From contig NC_058373.1 of assembly GCF_018350175.1 (NCBI RefSeq), positions 111,354,001 through 111,418,000 on the forward strand: a stretch of DNA of 64,000 nt. The letters run 5' to 3'. This document shows positions 12,862 to 25,895 of this stretch, piece after piece. The position numbers and the translations under genes were made by a program. The number at the start of each line of letters is the position of its first letter. The first letter of the stretch is position 1. The stretch comes from Felis catus (Eukaryota). The notes beneath the pieces are model-generated. The model did no database searches and was not told the DNA's origin. It saw only the letters and a program-made list of their open reading frames with translations.

Positions 12862-14939
12862 GTAAGGGGGCGTTGGGAGCCGGGCCCCGCGCGCCTCGGG
12901 GTCTGGGGCTGGGCTAGCGCGGGATCCGAGGAGGCTCTGGGGATGTGACTGGGGCTGTCGCCGCTCTTTTCCCCCAGGCGTTCCCCGGGCCTGTTGCTGC
13001 AACTGCTGCTTACCCAGCGGCTCCCGGAAAAGTGGGGAGTAAGCCCCCGGGACGCTCCGGCGCGGCCCGGGGGCGCGAGCTGAGGGTGAGGGGCGCCTGC
13101 CTCCGCGGGTGTCCTCGGCGTCGCGCATCCTTGCTTCGGGCAGGGGCCGAAGCCGTGGAGAGGAGAAGGGATGATGGGGGCGGGGGTGGGAGGTGTCCCT
13201 CTTCTCTCCTCTCCACCTACCTGCCCTTTTGCCAGCAACTCGTTCCCTGTAGTCACGGACTGTGGGGAGGAGGATGCTTGTACGTTTCCGGCTTTCGTGA
13301 GGGGTTCTCTGGCCCGAAATCGGGGAGTGGACCCGTACAAAGATCCGCTCCCGGCGAGGGGCCAATGCCGGGGCAGTTAAAGGCGTGAGTGCCACTGCAT
13401 CCCCCAATTGATGTGGAAATGATGAGCTGGCGGCTTTTGAGTATCTAAACTTATTTGGGAAGGTTAAATGAGCCCTTATTTATTAAAGAAGATTTGTCCT
13501 GCAAGAGTGAGTGGGTTGTCGGGTGCAGCACCTGTTCTTTTACTGTGGGGATTGCAATCTTCAGCCATACAGAACGTCAGAGACGCAGTGTAAGTTAAAT
13601 GGCAGTGACTTGGTTAGGGTTTATCCCTGGTGAGCTCTTAGCGTTTTGCCGTATATTATCAGACTTTTGATTGAGGCCTTGGAGAAAGGCACGAAGAGGT
13701 GTTTTCTTCTATCCATGTTTGAATTAATTTACAGTTGACTTAAGCCAACTCAAGAAGGCGAACCTAGGAAATTCAGAATCTCCAGTAATAACCCCAAACT
13801 TCAAGGTAACGCAGAACAAATTTCAACAAAAGTTTTCTATCCGTTTAGAATTAAGCTCATCAGGGGTAACTGACCGAACTTTAACTTGGCTGTCTTTAGA
13901 AACTGTAGGCAAGGTTTCATTGCAGTTTTTTTTTTTTTCTTGTTACTCCTGGGGTTAAGTGTATATTTATTTTCTTGATTAACTTTAAATTTCATGTTTT
14001 GACGCATAATTCTTTTAAAGGGTGCATTATATAGAAAACATTTTAGGAGAGAAATTAAACATAACAGTGCTGTACTGAAATAATAGAGTAAGTTGTATTC
14101 TCCCTTCTCTGAAATAACCTAAAAAAAACCCCTAAACGTATGCTAAATGATAAGGTCTTGTACATTGCTAACCTTATGAGATATACCATGAAATGTGTAT
14201 AGAAAGTCTTAATTGCTCCATATGAAAATACAGTATTAGGGTAGTAAGGATAAGGTGGGCATTCAAACTTTGAATTTGTTATTTTACAGTTTAGTATGTA
14301 GAAATGTAGGGAGTTAAAAATGAATAGGCTGTAAGGAACATAGAAGATGGTTGGAGACCTGGATTTTCCTTTTGCTGCTTTTATAAATTGAGAATTGTAC
14401 TTGAAGAGCTGAACAGCTGGAATGAAACTTGCATGGATTGCAGAAACATGCAAAAATGTATCTTTGATCAAGTAGTGAGTTAACATGAGTATATTGTGGT
14501 TTATTAGGATAGTGATTCAAAATAATTCCCATAAAATATAGCACTATATATATTGTTTAGGATGTTCTTAAAGAGTCACTTGAAGTTATTTTCCTACAGG
14601 TCAGTTCTTTTTGAGATGTATGGAATTAAAAAAATAATTCTGATTACATTATGCAGTGTTTGATTTCAGTTTTAATTAGTTATTTTAAGGTACTGGAATT
14701 TTCTTAAAAGAGGTGAATTCTGGAATTTGCTAGTGGTTTGGAAAAACTTGTGTTGTTGTTTATTTTTTTAAGTACAGTTATATTAGTAGGTTGGTCTGGA
14801 GGGGGAGCTAGTGCCAAAGCAAAGAAAGCATAGCTTAATATGTGTTTGAACTTTTAAAATGCCCAAACCCTGATTTTTATGACCTGAAGGAACATAAATT
14901 TTTAATTAAAAGAGTAAAGGAATTGATATGGGCATATAT

Positions 14940-15070
14940 CTGTATATAGTTATTTGTGGAATATATATGTATATTATATATACATTATATGTATTATATA
15001 TACAATATACAATATATGTATTATATATAATGTATATATAATATATATACATGTATTATATATATAGTAT
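14940..15070. repeat. Degenerate (TA)n low-complexity tract
   Basis: Directly visible. Confidence 0.85.
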
Positions 15071-16684
15071 TACAAATTAAATCTTTTCATGATCTGAAAT
15101 AATGGAAAGTAGATGCTTCAGGTTTATTGAATTTCTCATTTAAAATCTCAGAAAATATGCCCCATAATGTAGAATGTGTGATAGTAAGTTTCTTAATCTT
15201 CTTGTGCATTGCATCAGAGGGGAAATATATCTTAATCCTTTGTGCAAGTTGTATGTTCATAAATTTTTTCTTTATAATATCTATAGTCCTAAAATTTCAA
15301 AAATCAAGTAGAGTCTTATATAGACGAATATATTGACTGGGTAATTAGTAAGCTAAATATTTATTAAGAGTAGAGATAATTTCATTAAGAAATGGACCCT
15401 TCAGACATCTGGAAAGCAGGATCCCAAGGTCACCTCTTAACCTCTGTCTTCTGTAATATAGCGCAGTGAGTCCAGTGGCTTTACCAAATTGAACTTGTGC
15501 CTTTGACTATAAAGCAATTATTTTTTGGTTTATGGTGCTTTATTTAGATGTCACAACTGTAATAAGTTAGATATGTTATTTTACTTCTCACAGTACACAT
15601 ATTCATATTCAAGGCTAGAAATTGATAATGTATGTATTAAAATCATTAGAATATTTTTTTTTCTGGAAATAGTGGCTGGGCTGTTTGTTCTCCATTGTTT
15701 TCCATTATGTAAATTGAATCTCAATGCTGATAAAATAAAAAAAAATAGATTCTTTGAAAGGAATGGCCATACCTGTGAGATGTATGGTAGTGAGATGTTT
15801 ACCACTTTGAAGGGGTTTATGCTATAAATTAAACAATGTTTTATAAGACATGCCAGACTATTTTTATGTATTTTTTTCCAGTTCTTAAGTGGTTATTTTT
15901 GATTTACTATAAACTGCATTACTAAATCTCCTGGTTTAATTAAATGGTAAATCCACACATTTCATATTATAGAACACTTATAAAAGAGTTTCCATTTTAC
16001 AATCATAAGAATAAATATAAAAAATGTGATTTTTTAAAACTTAAAAATAAAGCACAACTAAGATTGTAAACAATTCTGAAACTACAAGTATTAATATTAA
16101 TACATGCGTCAGTACTGGTTCTGTTGGTACTCTTCAGATGAGATACTAACTTCCAGGCTTCTACAGTCAGTGGTATAGTAGGTGTAGCCTTTAAAGGACC
16201 AGTACAAGATTTCCTTTGGTTACCTTCTTAATGAGTCTGTAGTTTATATTTCTGTACCATAAAGTATATAGTTTCTTTTTGGCAGTTTGAGTTGTTATTA
16301 AATTGTAGTTTGCTATAATAAGACAAACAGGCCTAAAAGTAAAAGATATTTACAATTGATTTTTAAAAAACCATTTTAAAATTCCCAACAGAAGACTATT
16401 GTATGGGGATGAGTATGCATTTAAGATACATTTTTTAAGGTATTAGGCTCCTCTCAACCTTCCTTTCTCTCTATATTCTACTCTGCAGTCTACATCCCCT
16501 CTTACTCAACCTCCCTCCATATCCCACAATTTTCTCTTTGAAATGATTAGGGATCAGACCAATAAAACGAATGATATCACTCACTTGGCATAGGGTTATT
16601 CTTTCTTGATTAAATAAATGACTTTATATCAATATCTACAATATTCTAAACATGTAACTCATATAAACTTTACTTTCTATTAAA

Positions 16685-17382
16685 AAAATTTTTTTTTAAT
16701 GTTTATTTTTGAGAGAGACAGAGAGTGAGTGGGGGAGGACAGAGAGAGAGGGAGACACAATATCCAAAGTAGGTTTCAGGCTCTGAGCTGTCAGCAGAGC
16801 CAGACGCAGGGCTTGAACCTAGAAACCATGAGATCATGACCTGAGCCAAAGTCGGATGCTTAACTTGACTGAGCCACCCAGGCACCCAGTGTACATTTTA
16901 CTGTTAATGGGAGAACACATAGGGCCCATGAGATCATGCTATGTGTTTCAGTATAAGTTACTCATATTTGTTACAGAAAGTAGAGCTATATGGTTAATTT
17001 CATTTAAGTTTTTATTTTTGAAATTCATTTTTTAAAAATGTTTATTTTTGTGAGGCAGCCAGAGAGCATGAGAGCGCGTGAGTGGGGGAGGGGCAGAGAC
17101 TGCCTTTCAACTCACTCAACCATCCAGTACCTCTCACTTAAGTTTTCTTTTAAAAAGACTTTAATTACCAAAACCCAATACCTCACTCATCGGCTACTTT
17201 TAAAAAATATCTTTTTCTGGGGCTCCTGGGTTGCTCAGTCAGTTAAGTGGCTGACTTTGGCTTAGGTCATGATCTCATCGTTCCTGAATTTGAGCCCCGC
17301 ATCGGGTTCTGCACTGACTGTGGAGCAGTCTGCTTGGGATTCTCTCTCTCTCTTTCTCAAAATAAGTAAACTTAAAAAAAAT
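16685..17382. mobile_element. CAN-SINEs: - strand ~16685-16887, - strand tail fragment ~17030-17100, + strand ~17219-17382
   Basis: SINE head and tail motifs in both orientations. Confidence 0.88.
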
Positions 17383-18935
17383 ATGTATCTTTTTGTGATA
17401 GTTTTTTTTTTTTTTTTTGGTGGTCAGAAAATGACATGTGAAGAGGAAATATGTCTCAGGTTTTTAAAAAAATTGACAAATTTTACCAATACAAGGCTAG
17501 TGCTGTTGTGGTTCAAACTTGTCTTTGCTATTACTCTTTTCTTTTATATTGGTTCTATAGTATAGCCTCCTCATTGAAGCACTGAAATAAAGCTTGAAAA
17601 TCACTATTGAAATGCCTCCTATGTTTTTTGTATCTTGGAACTGGGTTTTTCAAATGTATCTTAGCAGTGGGATAAACTGAATAAATATGACTCAACATAC
17701 TTATTTTATGATCAGACTTAGCATTTTTACTTGTCACAGTCTTGATGACTGGTTAATGTAAATAAAGTTCACAGTATAAAATAAATAATAAAATGCTAAT
17801 ATCAATTGTAGATGTAAATGGGAAATTAAACTGATGTTTATTTTATAGAATCTGAGTTATGAGAAATATTACATGATATGAACTTTAAATGTAACTTTCT
17901 GATTATAAATGAATAAAAGTAACAAAAACGGGAGAGTCTTCTGTTTGATTTACTACAAACATACAACTAAAATGAACCTGTTTTATGTTTGTATAAATTT
18001 TTTTATTCAATTGACTGTTAATGAACCATGAATGAGTTTTAAATTTTTAATAATTTTGTGGCTGGTTATTTATATTATAATATCCCTTAAATGAGATATG
18101 AAATTCCATTAATACCTGGAGCCAAAATAATTTGCCTGTGGTAAAAAAGGTATTTACAAACCATCAAACTATAAAAGCATAGCAATGTTATTAAATGACT
18201 AAGTCATCACTCCATAAGCTAGTTTTAAAAATCATGTGTATAATTTTTAAAATATAATTGATCATAATATCGTGATTGGTAAAATATAATTGATCAAAAT
18301 ATAATTTGTAGCTTCTATATTATACATTGTTTCAGATTTTAGCTATGTTTGGGGCAGTCAGTGAAGGGAGGGAGATTGAGAGAGTCAGAGGATCTTACGG
18401 GTTGATGAGCCTGCTTTGTTTGGAGGTGAGGGGGATTTCTTCTTCAGTTTTTCTTTCTCCCTCCGTTTCCTTCTTTTCTCTGTCATCCTTCCTCTCCCAG
18501 CAGTGGGAGGGAGTTGACCATCCTTATAGGATTTTTTTTTTTCTTATAGAGTTCATACAAAGAACATTTCCTGATAAAACATTAGCTTTTATGTTACAAT
18601 AGATTTATTATAATGATTTCATTTCCTTTGAGGCAATAGGCAAGAGACTTAGAACTTTAGTTGGGGCAGGGTTTAATATGATTTATTAAAAATGATTTTG
18701 TAACTCCATATAAAAAGGGATATGGGGTTGTTGGTTCATTGTTAAGGGTGCTGTATCAGCCACATTATTGTTCTGCTTAATATTTAATATATCATAAACC
18801 CCTCTTCCAGTTTCCTGGAATGTATTTTCATGTCTCCTCTGTTGTCTTCATCTGTGGAGTATCTGTTTACAAGGAATTGGTTTTTAGAATATCTCTTCAA
18901 CTTCTTTGTGTGCCTTCATTGCAGTAATAAAAATG

Positions 18936-18943
18936 TAAAAAAA

Positions 18944-18983
<40 letters not shown>

Positions 18984-18986
18984 TAT
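18936..18986 (+). repeat. (A)n(TA)n compound microsatellite
   Basis: Directly visible. Confidence 0.95.
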
Positions 18987-20189
18987 TGTGTCCCTTGAAG
19001 AGGACTAACAAACTAAAATGAACAGCAGCGTTCTCCATTCATGGGAGTACAGTTAGCAAGTTTAAGCCAGTTACTATGAAAAGGTCACAGGGAGAAAGTG
19101 TGTTTCATAATTCGGGCCCCAGTCATTTGGGATCTGATTGATTAAGTTTCTCTAACACATGGGATTGTACCTGAAAGAGATATATATTCAGTTGAGATTG
19201 TGTTACATTTTTCATGTCTTGAGTTCTTTGAATAACTACTTAATTCATTCAGTTACCAAATGTCAAAAGATTGCAATTTTGAGAAACCTACTCTTTAAAA
19301 TTAAGAGCTTAAGCTAGGGTAAATATTTTGCTCTCTTTTTATAAGTTGCAGATTTTTCTTTCTCTTTTAGGAAGTTTGGTGAAACTCTAGGGCTTAGGAA
19401 GGTGGTTATTGAAATTCTTGAGGCCAAAAAGTCTTTCCTTAGCCTTAGTAAACTGAACTCCAGCAGAATGGGAAATGTAGGTTTACTAAGTAATTTTGAC
19501 TGTTTCCTCTGACATAATTACAGATATCTAGGTCTCCGTTAATTAAAAGTCTGTTTATTTTTAAGGTTCAAACAGTGGTACTTCTCATAGGTGTAAAGCA
19601 TTAACTGTTATGAGAGAGATACAACTTATTTTTAATTTGTAAGTAAAGAATAGGCTGTCAGTGCTGAATAAGCTGAAGAAATGTATGCCTAATTAGGATG
19701 CACAAATAATAAACTAAAGAAACTTGCTAATATACAATTAAAAATGGCTCCTCTAAATAAAAAGACTATTAGTGTTTACATTATAATGGCCCAAAGATGT
19801 CTGAAAATGAAATCACTAAAGAATTCTGTTTTGGAGCAATTTGTCAGACCAGATAACAGTCTGTTATCCTTTAAACTGTCTGCAGAGGCTTATTTACATC
19901 AGTGCTGGTCCTACCTAAAGGGAAATAATGATCAATAACCAAAGTGTTTTCACGGGAATTTTATGCACGTTTCCTATGTGTATATTTGTGCACTTCTTGT
20001 TACTTTGTTTCCATGGAAAATGTAAGGTTGGAAAATAAGGTACCCAGGTTTTGGAAATTCTGAAGGGAAAAGGATCTCAAGTTTGGAAAAAAGCTGTTCT
20101 TTTTGGTGTGTTTTACTGATACTTTTGATAGTGATAATTTCCTGAGACTTGTATGGACTTAAAGCCAAATCTGAGTTCTTTAACTTATT

Positions 20190-20470
20190 TTTTGAATAGC
20201 TTTATTGAAATATAAATTATGTCTCATAAAATTCAGAGTTTAAGTTTTAATAAATTTATACAGTTGTATAACAGTTACCACAATTTAATTTTAGAAAGCT
20301 TTCATCCGCCAGAAAGCTTCCCCATGCCCACTTTCCCGATTCCTGCTTCTATCCCGCAGCCCTAGGCAGCCACTGATCTGCTTTTGTTTCTATAGTTTTG
20401 CCACTTCTAGAAATTTGATGTTAATGGAATCGTACACTATGTAGTCTTTTGTGTCTGGCTCCTTTCTTTT
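20190..20470 (-). mobile_element. Old L1 (L1M-type) 3' end
   Basis: AGCTTTATTGAAATATAA...CCTAGGCAGCCACTGATCTGCTTT...AATGGAATCGTACACTATGTAGTCTTTTGTGTCTGGC. Confidence 0.75.
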
Positions 20471-21669
20471 AATATAATCCTGTTTAGTCATTTGAATGAA
20501 TGGTTAAAGTAGAAAAGCTTTGAACTTGAAATCAGGAAACTTGGATATGAGTGTTGGCTTTGCCACCAAATGTGTAAACTTGGGTAAGCCACCTGTTGCC
20601 TCTGCCTCTGCTGCTTTTTCCATAAAATCAAATTATTTTGATTTTCTTCTATTCCAGTTTTTACAGCTGGGTAGACATTCACTGACCTTTTCCTAGAATG
20701 TACCTTAACTCTTCCCCTTAAATATAGTCACTTTATTTTATTTTATTTTATTTTATTTTATTTTATTTTATTTTTCAATCAGAAATGAAGCTTATGGTCT
20801 AATATATGTGAGTCAACAATGGAGGAATTTGGGACTGTCTTGAAGAAACAAGACAGCTGATTAAACTTTTTCTTGAGCATTTCTTAGTTCAGGTGTATAA
20901 CCTGGAGAATAGGGACAATGATAAATGCTGAGTTAATAATAAATATCTTTGAAGAGAATAAAGGTAAAGTTGAATAATCCTCAGAAGTAGAGCTTTAAAA
21001 TGGATTGAAGCTTATGAATGTAAGAAAAAGACTATGCTTTAAATAAATGTTTTTGTTTTGAGAGTAGAATGTGGTGTGGAGAGATTTTAGTTAAGTTTAA
21101 GATGACTTAGGCTCAAGGCAGCTGTGTGAGATTAGACTGTTTTTTTTAAGAACCAATGGAAATGTATAGCTACCATTGGGAAGACTGTCCTAGGGCTCAT
21201 GAACAGGCAAAGCTGACAGGTCATATTCAGGTGACAAACTAAGGAAAAAATACACATATAGGGAATTAAAATTAGTGCTGTATGTGTGTAAATGTATATG
21301 TTTGTAACAGGAGTAGATAACTGACTGAGTAGGCTAGCATCAGGTATATGCCAGAGGGGTAATGGACATTTTCACTATAGTATGCAAAAAGATAGGGCAT
21401 TGAATAACAACTAGCTAAATTTAAAAATGAGAGTGCTATAACTACTTTGAATATTGAATAATTTGACTCTTAGAAACCATCAGAGCTGCTTATATTATCT
21501 ATAATAGTAGGAACTGTGGCTGTAAAATGATCGCATTTTTATTTTTACCCAACTTACTAGAATGTATGAGTGGTAACCCACGGAGCAGACAGTGTGGAGG
21601 AGGGGAATATAGTCATAGATATATTTTAGTGATGGTGTCATTATAGCAGCATAAAATTTCTTGCATGTT

Positions 21670-22167
21670 TTATTTTTTAATTTTTTTTAATGTTTATTTA
21701 TTTTTGAGACAGAGAGACAGATTATGAATGGGGGAGGGTCAGACAGAGAGGGAGACACAGAATCTGAAACAGGCTCCGGGCTCTGAGCTGTCAGCACAGA
21801 GCCCGACGCGGGGCTCGAACTCACAGACTGTGAGATCATGACCCGAGCTGAAGTCGGACTCTCAACTGACTGAGCCACCCAGGCGCCCCTTGTTGCATGT
21901 TTTATAGTCATATTTTTTGTTCATGAGTGGTATTTCTAATTTAGATAAACCACCTTATGATAACCAGAAATATCCCCAATGTGAAACCTATATTTAATAA
22001 ATGAAGATTTGTTACTTTGCCAATAATATATAGATTATGTTAAGACTTTAAAGGAGTTCTAAAAGTTGAATCCCATAACTTTTTATGCAATGGCAGCATT
22101 CTAGGAGTAAGTATGAGAGCTTTATTTTTTTTCTTAAAAGTTTTAAAAAAAAATGTTTATTTTGAGA

Positions 22168-22212
<45 letters not shown>

Positions 22213-22849
22213 CATGCACATGAGCAGCAGAGGGGCAGAGAGAGGGAGAGAGAGAAAGAATCCCAAGCAAGCTTGTGCTGCCAGCACAGAGTTGGATATG
22301 GGGCTCAAACTATAAGATCATGACCTGAGCCAAAGCAAGAGTCCCACACTTAACTGACTGAACCACCCAGGTGCCCCAAGTATGAGAGCTTTCTAAAGTG
22401 ACTATTTTATGGCAACCATATTCTTTTAAATATATGCCATACCATATTTATTTTTAAATGTTTCACAGAATTTGTAATATGTATAAAGTATCTGAATATG
22501 AGTTATGTAATTGGAAAATTTTGGGGGTAAAGGAAAAGAGACACTTATTTCTATAACTTTTGGAGCTTCAAAATATTAAAGGTCATATTTTCCCAGGAAA
22601 TTTTATTGTTTTAAGTATTTTTGTTTTTAAAAGTTTATTTATTTTGAGAGAGAGAGAGAGAGAGAACCCCAAGCAGGCTCCTTGTGGTCAGTGTGCAGAG
22701 CCCCACGGGGGGCTTGAACTCATGAAACCCTGAGATCATAACCTGAGCTGAAATCCAGAGTGGGGTGCTTAACTGACTGCTACCCAGGCGCCCTGGGAAT
22801 TTTTACTATTATTATTTTTTAATTAAAAAGTTTTTAAAAAATGTTTTAC

Positions 22850-22886
<37 letters not shown>

Positions 22887-23046
22887 TGGGGGAGGGGCAG
22901 AGTGAGAGAGGGACACAGAATTGGAAGCAGGCTCCAGGCTCTGAGTTGACAGCACAGAGCCGGACGCAGGGCTTGAACTCACAAACTGTGAGATCATGAC
23001 CTGAGCCACAGTTGGAGGCTTTACTGACTGAACCATCCAGGTGCCC
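21670..23046 (-). mobile_element. Four CAN-SINEs (~21670-21889, ~22130-22377, ~22620-22793, ~22810-23046)
   Basis: SINE bodies; TSDs TTGCATGTTTTAT and AAGTATGAGAGCTTT. Confidence 0.93.
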
Positions 23047-23969
23047 AGGAATTTTTATTTTTAATCATAGTAATAAATGAGCAGCTGTCAAAAGATAAAG
23101 CCAGTTTTAAGTTTAGATTCCTGTTCTCTATATATCACATACTTGATTTTAAGAAAATAGACTAAAGGATTTCTTAAATAATCAAATACTGCTTGGATAT
23201 TTAAGCAAAGCATCAGAGCAAGACTAGAAAACATTGAAGCAATAAAAATGATTAATTTAAAAGTTTTGTAACATAGTAAAGAAAAAAATGCAGTAATATA
23301 CAATGGAAAAGAAGATATACAGAAAGAACATCATTACCTCACATCAGACATAGTAGGCTGTCTTTACAATGAATACCAGTCAAATCAAATAGGCTACAGA
23401 ATTTGTGCCCTTCTCCTAGGCAGGTGGAAATGAGATGAACAATTAATTATAGGGTGTGCACCAGAATACCCACTTACATTGTTTGGCAAGTCTTTTCTAA
23501 TTGACTTCCTACAGGGGCTTTTTCAGACCTTTTCCTACTCTCTTTCTAGCCCCTGATTCTAGCCTGCTCTAAGACTTTGTAGGTTGTTTTCAATTAACTG
23601 TTTTTTTTTGAAAAGAGTAGCAAGATTAAGGCCATCAAACAATCTTCGTCAGCTTTGCTTTTCTTTATCTCTAAATTGTTTAATTTCTCTTCTTCTCTAC
23701 CATTTAGTGTTAGGGATGTGTCTTTAGGCTTTCATGACTACTTCTTTTATCCCTTCTATTGGAATATATGGGTTCATTAGTTAACTCTTTTATTATTTTT
23801 ATTTGAATCTCCCCTAACATCTTCAATGGCCTAAAAAAAAAAATCGACCCAAAAAACATCTTTTCTTATTTTTTTCTTCTCTTTCCCCCTCCTTTTTTTA
23901 TGTTATCCAACAGCCCAAAAGAAAAAGCAACATGTATATTGTTTATATTTTGCTACCTTCTTTTTCACT

Positions 23970-24520
23970 AAAGCTGTTCTCTCTGTTATTACCAGTGACC
24001 TGAATTGCCAAACGGGGACTTTTTTCAGTTTTAATTCTTGTTTTTTTAATTCTCCAGATTCCTTCTCCCTTCTTATAACTTTGTAGGCCTTCTAGCTCTC
24101 CTATATATTGTAGCCACTCTTCTTTTCATTCACAGGGCCAACTTGTTTCCTGAGTATTTGCTTTATGTATTTTTCTACATCTAGCTTCTTTTCCTTGGAA
24201 TACTACCTGGTCTGTTGGCTTCAGTGAGTACCTCTTTCAGGTGACTCCTGTACTGTAAGTTCCCAAACTCCCAATTTCCAGCTGGAGAGTTCCACCTGTT
24301 TGTCATGCCATCAAGCTCAACATACTCAAATTTGAATTTTCTCTCATTTTCTTTCTTCTAAAATGTAGTTTTATTTCTAACTTTCCTTTCTCTATTAAAT
24401 AGGCCTATTCCTCCATTGCCCAAACTTGAACTCTGAGTCATCTGTGAGTTCCCCATCAGATCCATTCAGTTGTTAAATTGGGAATTCTGTTACTACAGTG
24501 TTTCTCTATTTCATCTGCTC
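23970..24520. mobile_element. L2 LINE fossil
   Basis: Pyrimidine-rich segment with CATCAAGCTCAACATACTCAAA and CCATTGCCCAAACTTGAACTCTGAGTCATC, resembling L2. Confidence 0.5.
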
Positions 24521-24941
24521 TTTTCTGTTTCATTTTTTACTAGAGAAATTCTTACTGCAGAAGTTTCTTATTACCACTAACATATAAATAATTGTAATTT
24601 GGTAATTGCTATGATAGAGAGGAGGCAGAGGCAGCAAGCAGTTCTATTAGTGTATGTTAAGTGGAGAAGGCTGTATTGAAAGGAGGTGACATTTAGGCTT
24701 AGTATCAAAGAATAAGTAGGGGCATTCCAGGCAGACAAGCTGAAGAAAGACTTATTAGAAGTTTATTATATGTTGTCAACCTATAAGACTTTTTGCTTTA
24801 ATCCTTATTGCATGTGTGTATGTTTCCAATGGGCATATGCAATTGCCTTTCTTCAAATACTGATGAACATAAGTGAATGAACGATGTAAAGCCAGAATGA
24901 TACAAAGTAACATACCTTTATTACCTACCTTTGAATGAGTT

Positions 24942-25895
24942 GGGGGCGCCTGGGTGGCTCAGTCGGTTAAGCGTCTCTTTGTTTGGTTGAGACTCAGATC
25001 ATGATCTCATGGTTCATGGGTTTGAACCTGCATTGGGCTCTGTGCTGATGGCATGAAGCCTGCTTGGGATTCTGTCTTCCTCTCTTTTTGTCCCTCCCCT
25101 GCTTGTTCCTCTCTCTATCTCTCAAAAATAAAGAAACATTAAAAAAAAAAAAAAGAATGAATAGAGTGGTAAAATGTCAAGTGGTGAAAAGTAAGCACTA
25201 CCTGGATTGAAGACTTCAAATCTGACTAAACTTTACATTAAAAGCTGTCTGTAAGGCTCCTGGTACTTGGAATGTAAATCTTTAGTGGACGTCTGTTTTC
25301 AGTCTACATATAGCTCTAGTTTTTATTTCTATCTCTTTACAGCAGGGCTAGGTAATATTTATATATTAACAGCCACCAATATTGAAAATAAATTAACTGA
25401 AGGCCACAGCAGGTAAAGAGATAATTTACTGTTTTTATTCTCTTAGAGAAACAAATTATTTTGTGCTTTTAAAATCCTAGATGGCTCAGTTGGTTGAGGG
25501 TCTGACTTCAGTTCAGGTCATGATCTTACAGTTTGTGAGTTCGAGCCTTGCATTGGGCTCACTGCTGTCAGTACAGAGCCTGCTTCAGATCCTCTCTGCC
25601 CCTTCCCCACTTGTGCTGTCTCTCTCTCTCTCAAAACAAACAAACGAACGAACAAACAAACACAAACAAAACCAAAAAACCTTGGGGCACCTGGCGGCCC
25701 AGTTGGTTAAGCATCTGACTTTGGCTCAGGTCATGATCTTGGAGTTTTGAGTTCGAGCCCCGCGTTGGGCTCTGTGCTAAAGCTCAGAGCCTCGAGCCTG
25801 GTTTGGATTCTTTGTCTCCCTCTCTTTCTGCCCCTCCCCTGCTTGTGGCCTGTCTCTTTCTCTTTCTCAAAAATGAATAAACATTAAAAAAAAAA
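24942..25895 (+). mobile_element. Three + strand CAN-SINEs (~24942-25153, ~25477-25680, ~25684-25895)
   Basis: GGGGCGCCTGGGTGGCTCAGTCGGTT heads, (CT)n and A-rich tails. Confidence 0.93.

Larger units (their letters stand above)
11380..13400. promoter_or_regulatory. FUT8: CpG island promoter region of FUT8
   Basis: Sharp rise in GC and CpG against an AT-rich background; GC boxes, NRF1 motif, CCAAT boxes and two splice donors. Confidence 0.9.

Noticed and set aside
11993..13407. Long overlapping ORFs (147-240 aa) on both strands in the CpG island
   Set aside because: Low-complexity Arg/Pro/Gly/Ala products expected from stop-poor GC-rich DNA; no recognisable domain, and several cross the exon 1 donor
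14055..14486. 143-aa minus-strand ORF in unique AT-rich sequence
   Set aside because: No recognisable homology, composition reflects AT-rich DNA, and no splice or promoter support
19345..19500. Cryptic exon after TTTTTCTTTCTCTTTTAG (~19369)
   Set aside because: Good acceptor but no convincing donor and no other support
24942..25030. tRNA genes at SINE heads
   Set aside because: A/B-box-like sequences belong to tRNA-derived SINEs that continue into (CT)n and poly-A; no stand-alone cloverleaf seen
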